Below the pieces are notes generated by a model. That model was not told the DNA's origin. It saw only the letters and a list, made by a program, of their open reading frames with translations, and made no database searches. Position numbers and translations under genes: made by a program. From Gammaproteobacteria bacterium (lineage in GTDB: Bacteria; Pseudomonadota; Gammaproteobacteria; JABCZS01): DNA of 64,000 nucleotides. Positions 23,081-32,181 of this stretch are shown piece after piece. The stretch lies in the NCBI GenBank assembly GCA_021773275.1, contig JAJFKJ010000018.1:46390-110389 (forward strand), in the 5' to 3' direction. How positions within the stretch are numbered: position 1 is the stretch's first letter; every line of letters begins with the position of its first letter.

Positions 23081-25789
23081 ATGAGCAAACGATTTGTACT
23101 CGTTGACGGGTCATCATATTTATACCGCGCCTACCACGCGCTGCCGCCGCTAACCAACAAAGCCGGAGAGCCCACAGGTGCCATTTACGGCGTGGTCAAC
23201 ATGCTGCGTCGTTTACTCAAAGACGAAAAGCCCGAGCATATCGCGGTGATCTTTGATGCTAAGGGTAAAACCTTCCGAGATGACCTTTATCCGGAGTATA
23301 AAGCCAACCGCCCCCCGATGCCTGAGGATTTACGCCCACAAATTGAGCCTTTAAAGATGGTTGTGGAGGCGATGGGCTTGCCATTATTGGTCATCGAAGG
23401 CGTAGAGGCTGATGATGTGATAGGCACCCTTGCCAAGCAGGCAGAAGACCATGGTTTGCCGGTATTGATTTCTACTGGCGATAAAGATATGGCGCAGCTG
23501 GTAAATAAACATGTTGAATTGATTAATACCATGAACAACAAGCGCATGAATGAAGAAGGTGTGTTTGAAAAATTTGGCGTGCGCGCAAATCAAATGATTG
23601 ATTATTTAACACTGGTAGGCGATAGTGCTGACAATGTTCCCGGGGTGCCTAAAGTCGGGCCCAAAACCGCAGCAAAATGGTTGGGTGAATATGGAACGCT
23701 TGATAATATTGTTGCTAACGCAGAGCAAATTAAAGGCAAGGTCGGTGAATATTTACGCAATGCGCTTGACACATTGCCACTTTCAAAAGAGTTGGTAACA
23801 ATTAAATGCGATGTTGAATTGCCGTACACGCCAGATAGATTAAATCGCAAAGAGGAAGATCACAAAAAATTACGGGAGCTGTTTGCAAACTTATCCTTTA
23901 AAAGCTGGCACAAAGAACTAGATGAAATTGAAGACACGGCGCCACCTGATGTGGCTGGCCCAGAAGATGAAGATGAAACAGAAAAAAATTATCAGTGCAT
24001 CACTAATGAGCAAGTGTTGGCTAAATGGATAGATGCGATTAAAGCGGAAAAACAATTGGCAGTGGATACTGAAACCACGAGTCTCGATGCGCGATCAGCG
24101 CGTGTGGTGGGTGTTTCTTTATCGCTTGCATCGGGTCATGCGGCTTATGTGCCATTTGCGCACGATTACGAGAACGTGCCAAAACAGTTAAGCGAAGAAA
24201 CTGTTTGGAAATATTTAAAGCCCATTTTAGAAGATAAAAACATTAAAAAAATTGGCCAAAATTTGAAATACGATTTAACTGTGCTGCGCAACCATGGTGT
24301 TGATTTGCAAGGTATTGCATTTGATACAATGCTTGAATCGTATATGAATAACAGCACGGCACATCGCCATGATCTTAACACCCTGGCGGAAACTTACTGC
24401 AACCACAGCATGATTCCATTTTCAGAGGTTGCCGGAAAAGGTAAAAAACAAATTACTTTTGGCCAGGTCGAGCTTGATAAAGCTACAGAATATGCGGCAG
24501 AAGATGCCGACTATACTTTGCGGGTCCATGAAGCTCTTTGGCCGCAGTTGCAGGAAAAGCCGGGCCCCTTAGATTTGTTTACCACTTTAGAAATGCCACT
24601 GCTAAGCGTGCTGGCAGATATAGAATATTATGGGGTGTTGATCGATGCTGATGAGCTTGCAAAGCAAAGTGCAACGCTAGAGAATCGTATCAACATTATT
24701 CAAGAAAAAATATTTAAAGAAACGGGCGAGGAGTTTAATCTTGATTCGCCTAAGCAGCTCCAGCATATTTTATTTGAAAAAATGGGTTTGCCTGTTGTCA
24801 GTAAGACGCCAAAAGGGCAGCCTTCAACCGGGGAGTCCGTGTTGCAAGAGCTGGCGGCTAGCTATGAGTTCCCTGCTTGGATTTTAGAGTATCGCAGCTT
24901 AAGTAAATTAAAATCAACATACACTGATAAGCTGCCGCTGCAGATTAATGCCATCACGGGCCGTGTGCATACTTCATATAACCAAATGGTTACGGCAACC
25001 GGGCGTTTATCTTCGTCTGATCCAAACCTGCAAAACATTCCAATTCGCACCGAAGCCGGCCGCGCTATCCGTAAAGCATTTATTGCGCCGCAAGGTTATA
25101 AAATCGTTGCAATCGATTATTCACAAATTGAATTGCGCATCATGGCGCATTTATCAGGCGATAAAACGTTGCAAAAGGCTTTTCATCAGGGACATGATGT
25201 TCATAAAGCAACAGCGGCAGAAGTGTTTGGTGTAAAGCTCGATGAAGTAAGTCATGAGCAACGCCGTCGCGCTAAAGCAATTAACTTCGGGTTAATCTAT
25301 GGCATGAGTGCATTTGGTTTGGCAAAACAAATTGGTTCTTCGCGCGATGAAGCACAACAGTATATGAATATTTATTTTGACCGCTACCCGGGTGTTAAAG
25401 CTTATATGGAAAATACTCGCAAACAAGCGGCTAAAACAGGTTATGTTGAAACTTTGCGTGGCCGACGTTTATATTTGCCTGATATCAACGCTAGCAATCA
25501 TATGCGTAAAATGGCCGCTGAACGTACCGCGATTAATGCGCCGATGCAAGGCACAGCCGCTGATATTATTAAACAAGCGATGCTTGATGTTGCAAAATGG
25601 TTGCGCGAATCAAACACCGACGCGAAAATGATTATGCAGGTACACGATGAATTGGTTTTTGAAATAAAGTCTGAGCAAGCTGAAGCGGTCACAGCAAAGC
25701 TTATAGAGCTGATGGACAAGGCCTACCCATTAAAAGTACCGGTCAAGGCCGAAGCGGGCATCGGCAATAACTGGGACGAAGCCCACTAA
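23081..25789 (+). CDS. polA: DNA polymerase I
   Basis: 5-prime nuclease N-terminus (LVDGSSYLYRAYHA), a 3-5 exo domain, and pol motifs DYSQIELR and QVHDELVFE. Confidence 0.97.
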   Translation: MSKRFVLVDGSSYLYRAYHALPPLTNKAGEPTGAIYGVVNMLRRLLKDEKPEHIAVIFDAKGKTFRDDLYPEYKANRPPMPEDLRPQIEPLKMVVEAMGLPLLVIEGVEADDVIGTLAKQAEDHGLPVLISTGDKDMAQLVNKHVELINTMNNKRMNEEGVFEKFGVRANQMIDYLTLVGDSADNVPGVPKVGPKTAAKWLGEYGTLDNIVANAEQIKGKVGEYLRNALDTLPLSKELVTIKCDVELPYTPDRLNRKEEDHKKLRELFANLSFKSWHKELDEIEDTAPPDVAGPEDEDETEKNYQCITNEQVLAKWIDAIKAEKQLAVDTETTSLDARSARVVGVSLSLASGHAAYVPFAHDYENVPKQLSEETVWKYLKPILEDKNIKKIGQNLKYDLTVLRNHGVDLQGIAFDTMLESYMNNSTAHRHDLNTLAETYCNHSMIPFSEVAGKGKKQITFGQVELDKATEYAAEDADYTLRVHEALWPQLQEKPGPLDLFTTLEMPLLSVLADIEYYGVLIDADELAKQSATLENRINIIQEKIFKETGEEFNLDSPKQLQHILFEKMGLPVVSKTPKGQPSTGESVLQELAASYEFPAWILEYRSLSKLKSTYTDKLPLQINAITGRVHTSYNQMVTATGRLSSSDPNLQNIPIRTEAGRAIRKAFIAPQGYKIVAIDYSQIELRIMAHLSGDKTLQKAFHQGHDVHKATAAEVFGVKLDEVSHEQRRRAKAINFGLIYGMSAFGLAKQIGSSRDEAQQYMNIYFDRYPGVKAYMENTRKQAAKTGYVETLRGRRLYLPDINASNHMRKMAAERTAINAPMQGTAADIIKQAMLDVAKWLRESNTDAKMIMQVHDELVFEIKSEQAEAVTAKLIELMDKAYPLKVPVKAEAGIGNNWDEAH

Positions 25790-25993
25790 AGGCGGCCGCA
25801 AAGCACGCCTCGCTTTGTTAATAAGGGCTTAAAAAAGAGCCCTGAGTACCTGGGGGAGTGCTCAGAGCCAGAATAGCTCAGCGCGAACTGAGCGAGTAGA
25901 AAGCTATGGGAGATAGCTCCCCACCTATATATTTAGACCGCCAAAATGGGCGTAAGTTTGCATGTATTTTTTTAGTGCTTATTTTTCAAAGGG

Positions 25994-26590
25994 TTATTCT
26001 TCGACTTCAAACCACTGATCTAGAATGTCTTGTGCGTCCTCTACACCCTGTTTCTTTAGGCCAGAAAAGAGAATAACTTGCGCGTTACCAGGTAGGTTTT
26101 TTTGCACCTGCAGCAGGGCATTTTTGGCGGCACCAAACTTGAACTTGTCTGCTTTTGAAAGCAATACTAGAACAGGAATTTTGCAGTGTTCCGTCCATTC
26201 TAACAATACATTATCGATTTCTTGTAGGGGGCGACGAATATCCATCAACAATACTAGGCCTTTTAAACATTTACGCTGTTGCAAATAGCCATCGACGAGA
26301 TCGTGCCATTGTTGCTGCACTTTTTTCGGTGCCTTGGCAAAACCATAGCCGGGTAGGTCCATGATGCGGCGCTCAAAGTCGAGCTCAAAAACATTAATCA
26401 TCTGCGTGCGCCCGGGTGTGCCGGAAGTGCGAGCAAGGCTGTTTTGCCCACAGATGACATTAATAGAGGTAGATTTGCCGGCATTGGAGCGGCCGGCAAA
26501 AGCGACTTCATAGCCTTCATCGTCAGGTAAGCCATCTAGGCTTGCCACGCTTTTTTCAAATTCTGCCTGTTGATACGGAGATCTGCTCAT
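25994..26590 (-). CDS. engB: ribosome biogenesis GTP-binding protein YihA/EngB
   Basis: GRSNAGKSTSIN G1 motif, DLPGYG G3 motif and SKADK G4 motif. Confidence 0.93.
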   Translation of the reverse strand: MSRSPYQQAEFEKSVASLDGLPDDEGYEVAFAGRSNAGKSTSINVICGQNSLARTSGTPGRTQMINVFELDFERRIMDLPGYGFAKAPKKVQQQWHDLVDGYLQQRKCLKGLVLLMDIRRPLQEIDNVLLEWTEHCKIPVLVLLSKADKFKFGAAKNALLQVQKNLPGNAQVILFSGLKKQGVEDAQDILDQWFEVEE

Positions 26591-26658
26591 GGGGCTATTC
26601 TACCCCATATCCAAGATTGCTGAAATACGGTAAAATGCCTAAAAACCATATTAAGTAG

Positions 26659-27330
26659 ATGCGTGGGGACATTGTGAGTAAATTAGCTAGAATTTTGTTA
26701 GTAATCTTGGGGTGGGCGGCTATCACGGCAAATGCCCAGAATGTGATTGAAGAGGGCCTAGAGGCAGAAGTTGTTGCGCAGCCAACGACTAAAGCGAAGG
26801 TTGAAACCTGTGTTGCCTGCCATGGCCTTGATGGTAAGGGTCTCACGCCTGATATTCCCAATATCGGTGGCCAATACGAATCTTACCTGTTAGAAGAATT
26901 ATTAGAATATAAAGAAGCGGCTGATGGCACAGGCATGGGGCGCCCCAACCCGATCATGATGGGCATGGTGGCACCGCTATCAGAAGAAGATTTAGCAGAA
27001 TTAGCTAAATATTATTCTGAACAAGAAGTAGCCGTTGGCGAAACAGACCCTGACTTAGTTGATTGGGGCGAGAAGATTTATCGTGGTGGTATTGTGTCTG
27101 AGCAAGTACCAGCATGTATTGCTTGTCATGGTGCGCAAGGTGAAGGAAACGAATTGGCTAATTTTCCGAAACTGTCAGGGCAGCATGCGCTGTATGTTGC
27201 GCAGTCTTTGCGAGCCTTTAAAGAAGGTGAGCGCGAAGGTGGCCCTAACGACATGATGCACAGTGTCGTGCACCACATGACAACATATGACATGGAAGCT
27301 GTTGCTAGCTATATTCAAGGTTTGCACTAA
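26659..27330 (+). CDS. dihaem cytochrome c4
   Basis: Signal peptide plus two CxxCH motifs (CVACH, CIACH), each followed by a distal Met region. Confidence 0.88.
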   Translation: MRGDIVSKLARILLVILGWAAITANAQNVIEEGLEAEVVAQPTTKAKVETCVACHGLDGKGLTPDIPNIGGQYESYLLEELLEYKEAADGTGMGRPNPIMMGMVAPLSEEDLAELAKYYSEQEVAVGETDPDLVDWGEKIYRGGIVSEQVPACIACHGAQGEGNELANFPKLSGQHALYVAQSLRAFKEGEREGGPNDMMHSVVHHMTTYDMEAVASYIQGLH

Positions 27331-27342
27331 AAAGGAGATATT

Positions 27343-28146
27343 ATGCGAGGCATTTGGACAACGCTTTTCTTATTGATTTTCAGTATTACAAGTTTTGCGC
27401 AAGCAGTGGAGCTTGAAAGTGAACCTTACGAGGCTGGCAAAGAGTATATTGTTTTACCTGAGTCGTATTCACTAGGTACGACGGCACAAGCCTCGCTGCA
27501 ATCGCATCCTGATAGCATCGAAGTGCTTGGCTTTTTCAACTACGGCTGCCCAGTTTGCTATCGTATGGAGCCAGTTATTGAAGAGTGGCATAGGCAACAA
27601 GAAGAGTTACAGTTGGTGTCTTTTACCGACGTGCCTGTTGCATGGAACCACCCCGGTTGGGATAACTTAGCGCGCGCTTTTTACATTGCAGAAGCCCTGG
27701 ATGTTTCTGATCTCGTGCAACCACGTTTATTCCGCGCTGTGCATCAGCAAGGTAAACGTTTTACTACAAAGGAAGACTTGGAAGAGTTTTTTATTGGCGA
27801 AGCTGGCGTCAGCCGCAAGCAATTTGAAGAAAATTATAATAGCTTTGATGTACGTAGAAAGCTAAAACAAGCTGAGCTATTACGCGACGCCTATCATATT
27901 CGCTCGATTCCAGCATACATCGTTGCTGGCAAATACATGGTTGATGTACAGACAGCCGGCGGCCCTACGCAAGTAGTAGACGTTATAGAGTTTTTGGTGA
28001 GCAAGGAATCGTTTAGTGAAGGCGTTGAAGAACTGGGGTTTGACGATGTCCAGCAGGGCATTGACCACTCGCAGGACGATGTTTACCAGTTGGGTGACGA
28101 GCAAAATAACCATGAAGATATAGCACCTAGCACAGCGCCTGAATAA
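27343..28146 (+). CDS. dsbA: thiol:disulfide interchange protein DsbA-like, with an acidic C-terminal extension of about 50 aa
   Basis: Signal peptide, FFNYGCPVCY active site, and the cis-Pro region IRSIPAYIV. Confidence 0.8.
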   Translation: MRGIWTTLFLLIFSITSFAQAVELESEPYEAGKEYIVLPESYSLGTTAQASLQSHPDSIEVLGFFNYGCPVCYRMEPVIEEWHRQQEELQLVSFTDVPVAWNHPGWDNLARAFYIAEALDVSDLVQPRLFRAVHQQGKRFTTKEDLEEFFIGEAGVSRKQFEENYNSFDVRRKLKQAELLRDAYHIRSIPAYIVAGKYMVDVQTAGGPTQVVDVIEFLVSKESFSEGVEELGFDDVQQGIDHSQDDVYQLGDEQNNHEDIAPSTAPE

Positions 28147-28190
28147 GGTTTGTGCATAGGGCGTAAATATCCTGGTATCATAGGCCTCGT

Positions 28191-28267
<77 letters not shown>

Positions 28268-28325
28268 CTACTCTAGCTTCACGGGTCAATTCAAGGTATA
28301 CTTGCTCGCGAATATTGATGTAAAT

Positions 28326-28760
28326 ATGGGTGAAAACGAAGTGATTTACGATTGGTTACAAATGGCAATAGTGGGTGGAATAATCTGCCTATTCGGAATG
28401 GGCAACGCGAACGCACAGACGTTAACGCGGCAGCAAATCATTGATATGAATACGCGCCCAGCGGCAGAGGTAAATGTAGCAGGGGAGTCCATGCGTGGCG
28501 TGGTCGTATCAGCTGCCATGACACCAGCACAACGCTATGATGCCAGCTGTGCCTTTTGCCACGATACAGGTACCGCAGGTTCGCCGAAAATAGGTGTTAA
28601 GGCTGCATGGCAGCCTCGTTTAGCCAAAGGCGGTATAGAAGCACTCATCCACAATGCAATCGTTGGTATTGGCACAATGCCACCCAAAGGAATGTGCCCA
28701 AGCTGCACCGATGAAGAGATTGCGGCGGCGGTCCAATACATGGTCGATAAAAGCTCTTAA
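28326..28760 (+). CDS. monohaem cytochrome c (c5-type)
   Basis: TM/signal segment, CAFCH haem site, and GTMPPKG distal Met region. The ORF-track start 28206 was trimmed because it runs through the tRNA-Arg gene. Confidence 0.8.
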   Translation: MGENEVIYDWLQMAIVGGIICLFGMGNANAQTLTRQQIIDMNTRPAAEVNVAGESMRGVVVSAAMTPAQRYDASCAFCHDTGTAGSPKIGVKAAWQPRLAKGGIEALIHNAIVGIGTMPPKGMCPSCTDEEIAAAVQYMVDKSS

Positions 28761-28771
28761 TATACTTGCTC

Positions 28772-28793
28772 GGGCGGGGTGAACCCGCCCTTC
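28772..28793 (+). terminator. stem-loop after the cytochrome c5 gene (GGGCGGG-gtgaa-CCCGCCC)
   Basis: Perfect 7-bp GC stem 12 nt after the stop. The T tract is weak (ttcgt). Confidence 0.5.
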
Positions 28794-28859
28794 GTGCTAA
28801 AGGGGAAGAGCTGCGCCTCTCCCCCTTTGAAAAGCCCGATTGCAATAAGGCTTTCATTA

Positions 28860-30050
28860 TTACAAGACATCTAGCGGAAAAATGTTTGTAGTATTACGCT
28901 GTTGTGATTGTTTGCCGCCATAAAGCAAGAAACTTTTTTCTATTTTTGCCAGCGTACAAAGTTTATCGAGGGGTTTTAACCAGTCTGAAGCGATGGTTTG
29001 TCCTGCTTTTATTTCGATAGGTAGTAATTGATTATCAGGCAAGGCTAATAATAAATCGACCTCATTTTTTTGTGCATCACGCCAAAAATAACATTCTGGC
29101 TCTATCCCATGATTAAGAAAGGTTTTATAAATTTCCGTTACTGTATAGGTTTCAACAATAGCCCCCAGCGCAGGGTGGGTTTCTAAATGTTCTTGCGTTT
29201 TAATCATCAGCAAATGGCACAATAAACCTGTATCAAGAAAATATAGCTTGGGTGACTTCACAATACGTTTTTGGAAGTTATTATGGTATGGTTTTAATAG
29301 CATTACTAGGCCACTTTGCTCAAGTAACCCCAGCCAGCGCCTACATGTGGTTTCACTGATTCCTGTATCAGAAGCGAGGTTTGCATAATTCAGAAGGTGA
29401 CCGGAACGCCCTGCGCATAATTTTAAAAACCGCTGAAAAATACTTAAATCTTCAACTTTGATTAAACGGCGTACATCGCGTTCTAAATATGTTCGAACAT
29501 AATCTGAAAACCAATAATCCATGGCTCCTGGTATGCGATAAAGCTCCGGGTAGCCGCCTTTTAAAATAAGTGGCCATAAGGTATCTATTGAATGAGGTTC
29601 TTTTGGCGGTATCATAAGCTTATCTTCCAATGACACCCAAGGCTTATGCTCAATCTCTGCTTTACTGAGCGGCAAAAGATTCAGTATCGATATCCTGCCA
29701 GCCAGCGATTGTGAAATAGATTCCATCATTAAGAAATTCTGCGAGCTGCTCAAAATAAACTTTTTGTTGTTAAGGTCGATTTCACTTTGCAAATAAGAAA
29801 AGAGATCTGGATAGCGTTGCGGTTCGTCAATAATACCTCCCTCTTTAAACTGTTGCAAAAAGCTTCTTGGGTCACTAATGGCATAATCAAGGACATCCGG
29901 GTCTTCTAGCGTGACGTATGGCAGATCAGGGAAACTAGACCTTGCCAGGGTTGTTTTGCCTGACTGCCGGGGACCGTATATATACACAGAGCGTGCCTGT
30001 TTATATCTAGAAATCAATATGTTAGACAAGTGGCGGTTCAGCACGTGCAT
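28860..30050 (-). CDS. AAA ATPase with DUF4143-type C-terminal domain
   Basis: Walker A GPRQSGKTTLAR. The layout matches the AAA_14 plus DUF4143 family. It is a paralog of 61567-62685. Confidence 0.82.
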   Translation of the reverse strand: MHVLNRHLSNILISRYKQARSVYIYGPRQSGKTTLARSSFPDLPYVTLEDPDVLDYAISDPRSFLQQFKEGGIIDEPQRYPDLFSYLQSEIDLNNKKFILSSSQNFLMMESISQSLAGRISILNLLPLSKAEIEHKPWVSLEDKLMIPPKEPHSIDTLWPLILKGGYPELYRIPGAMDYWFSDYVRTYLERDVRRLIKVEDLSIFQRFLKLCAGRSGHLLNYANLASDTGISETTCRRWLGLLEQSGLVMLLKPYHNNFQKRIVKSPKLYFLDTGLLCHLLMIKTQEHLETHPALGAIVETYTVTEIYKTFLNHGIEPECYFWRDAQKNEVDLLLALPDNQLLPIEIKAGQTIASDWLKPLDKLCTLAKIEKSFLLYGGKQSQQRNTTNIFPLDVL

Positions 30051-30156
30051 ATCCTCCTTTCAAAAGTGGATTTGCATAGTATAGCAAAACGGCTAGTTAT
30101 TCACAATCCCACGCGGCACAGGTTGCGTACGAAACTTCAAGTAGGGCGTTTCCCTG

Positions 30157-32142
30157 TCAGCCCAACAAATCCTTCAGTGCGGACAAATGCGATTGCGCGT
30201 TTTCTTGCTTTTCTTCTTCGGTTTTTTCAATCTTGCCGGGCCAGTCTAAGCAGTCTTCGGGTAGTTCTTCTAGAAAGCGGCTGGGTTCAGGGGTGTATTC
30301 CGCACCATGGCGCATGCGTTTTTTACAAAAACTGCAATGCAACTGTTGTTGTGCACGCGTGATGCCCACATAACACAATCGCCGTTCTTCTTCGATATTG
30401 TCTTCGTCAATGCTATTAGCATGCGGCAACAATTTTTCTTCTACACCCACTAAAAAGACATGTGGGAACTCCAGGCCTTTTGCCGCATGCAAGGTCATTA
30501 GTTGCACCGCATTAGGTGTTTCTTCTTTTTTCTGTTCTAGCATATCAAACAAGCAGAGCTTGCTAATAACATCATTGAATTCAGGTTTGTCATCACTTTC
30601 TAGTAAACGACCGGTCCAATTTACTAGCTCCCAAACATTTTCCATGCGTTTTTCAGCAGCTTTGGGGGTGTTTTGCGTATCGAATAAATAGGTTTCATAG
30701 CCGATATCTTGGATCATGTCTTTGATGTTGGCAAGTGTATCACCACGCTGGCAGCGATCGCCCAGCTCTATGATCCAGCGGGCAAAGCGTTGTACCGCTT
30801 GCAAGCTGCGTTCCGGCAATATGGCACTTAAGCCAATTTCCAAGCTGGCAGGCAGCAAATTCAAATTCCGAGACTGTGCGTAATTACCGAGCTTTTCTAA
30901 AGTTTGCGAGCCAATTTCACGTTTTGGTGTGTTTACAATACGCAAAAATGCCGCATCGTCATCCGGGTTAACAAGCAGACGCAGATAGGCCATGATGTCT
31001 TTAATTTCCGCACGTGCGAAAAATGATTGTCCGCCGGTGATTTTATAAGGAATTTTATGTTCGCGTAGCAGTTTTTCAAAGGGTCGCGACTGAAAGTTGC
31101 CACGATATAAAATCGCATATTGATGAAAAGGTAAGCCACTGCGTCGCTGGTGTTGAATAATGTTCATCACTACTTGTGTGGCTTCGTCTTCTTCGTCATG
31201 GCAGCTAAGCACGTGAATTTTATCGCCATGGCCCATTTCACTCCACAGTTTTTTCTCAAACAAGTGTGGGTTGTTAGCAATCAGTGCATTAGCCGCAGAA
31301 AGAATCGTTTGTGTAGAGCGATAGTTTTGTTCAAGCTTGATCACTTTCAACCGTGGATAATCTTCTTGCAGTTGCAGAAGGTTGTCAGCGCGTGCGCCAC
31401 GCCAGGCGTAAATGGATTGATCGTCATCGCCTACAACGGTAAAATTACCTAAACTGCCGGTTAGCATTTTGACCCATGCATACTGTGCAAGGTTGGTATC
31501 TTGATACTCATCGACCAATAAGTGCCGAATACGATTTTGCCAATATTCCTGAATTTTTGGATTGTTTTGCATCAGCAAAACGGGCAAACGAATCAGATCA
31601 TCAAAATCAACACTATTGTAAGCGCGCAGGGCATTGTCGTAAGGTTCATACAAAACAGAAGCTTGTCGTTGCCAATCGTTTTCTGTGGTTTGTACCGCCT
31701 CATCATAGTTCAATAAATTATTCTTCCACTGACTAATTTGGTTTTGAAAAAACTTCGCTTTTTCAAGATCAATCGCAGTTTTACCAGCAATATCACGCAA
31801 AATATTTAAACTGTCTTCCGGGTCTAAAATAGTGAATTGCGATTTGCGTTGCAAATCATGTGCATGCTCACGAATAAAGCGTAAACCCAAAGAATGAAAA
31901 GTTGATACCAGTAAACCCTTTGTATTTGATGCTTGCTTGGTGACGCGCTGCTTCATTTCCAGCGCTGCTTTGTTGGTAAACGTTACAGCAATTATTTGCT
32001 GGGGTTTTACCCCTTGTTCAATCAACTGGGCAATTTTTTGTGTAATAACACGGGTTTTCCCGCTGCCAGCACCAGCAAGGACAAGTAGGGGGCCAGATTG
32101 ATATAAAATAGCTTGTTGTTGTTGTTCATTAAGTTTATTCAT
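30157..32142 (-). CDS. rep: ATP-dependent DNA helicase Rep
   Basis: LNEQQQQAI..AGAGSGKTRVI, DEYQDTN and QNYRST motifs. At 661 aa it is shorter than UvrD and lacks the UvrD C-terminal tail. Confidence 0.9.
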   Translation of the reverse strand: MNKLNEQQQQAILYQSGPLLVLAGAGSGKTRVITQKIAQLIEQGVKPQQIIAVTFTNKAALEMKQRVTKQASNTKGLLVSTFHSLGLRFIREHAHDLQRKSQFTILDPEDSLNILRDIAGKTAIDLEKAKFFQNQISQWKNNLLNYDEAVQTTENDWQRQASVLYEPYDNALRAYNSVDFDDLIRLPVLLMQNNPKIQEYWQNRIRHLLVDEYQDTNLAQYAWVKMLTGSLGNFTVVGDDDQSIYAWRGARADNLLQLQEDYPRLKVIKLEQNYRSTQTILSAANALIANNPHLFEKKLWSEMGHGDKIHVLSCHDEEDEATQVVMNIIQHQRRSGLPFHQYAILYRGNFQSRPFEKLLREHKIPYKITGGQSFFARAEIKDIMAYLRLLVNPDDDAAFLRIVNTPKREIGSQTLEKLGNYAQSRNLNLLPASLEIGLSAILPERSLQAVQRFARWIIELGDRCQRGDTLANIKDMIQDIGYETYLFDTQNTPKAAEKRMENVWELVNWTGRLLESDDKPEFNDVISKLCLFDMLEQKKEETPNAVQLMTLHAAKGLEFPHVFLVGVEEKLLPHANSIDEDNIEEERRLCYVGITRAQQQLHCSFCKKRMRHGAEYTPEPSRFLEELPEDCLDWPGKIEKTEEEKQENAQSHLSALKDLLG

Positions 32143-32181
32143 TGCTTGGCTATTATATCGGAATAAGGTAAACTGTCCAGC

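Noticed and set aside
28296-28772. 12-nt direct repeat TATACTTGCTCG on both sides of the cytochrome c5 gene, downstream of tRNA-Arg
   Set aside because: Exact 12-mers are expected to recur by chance roughly a hundred times in 64 kb. There is no integrase or other island content between the copies, and cytochrome c5 fits the local c4-dsbA respiratory context.
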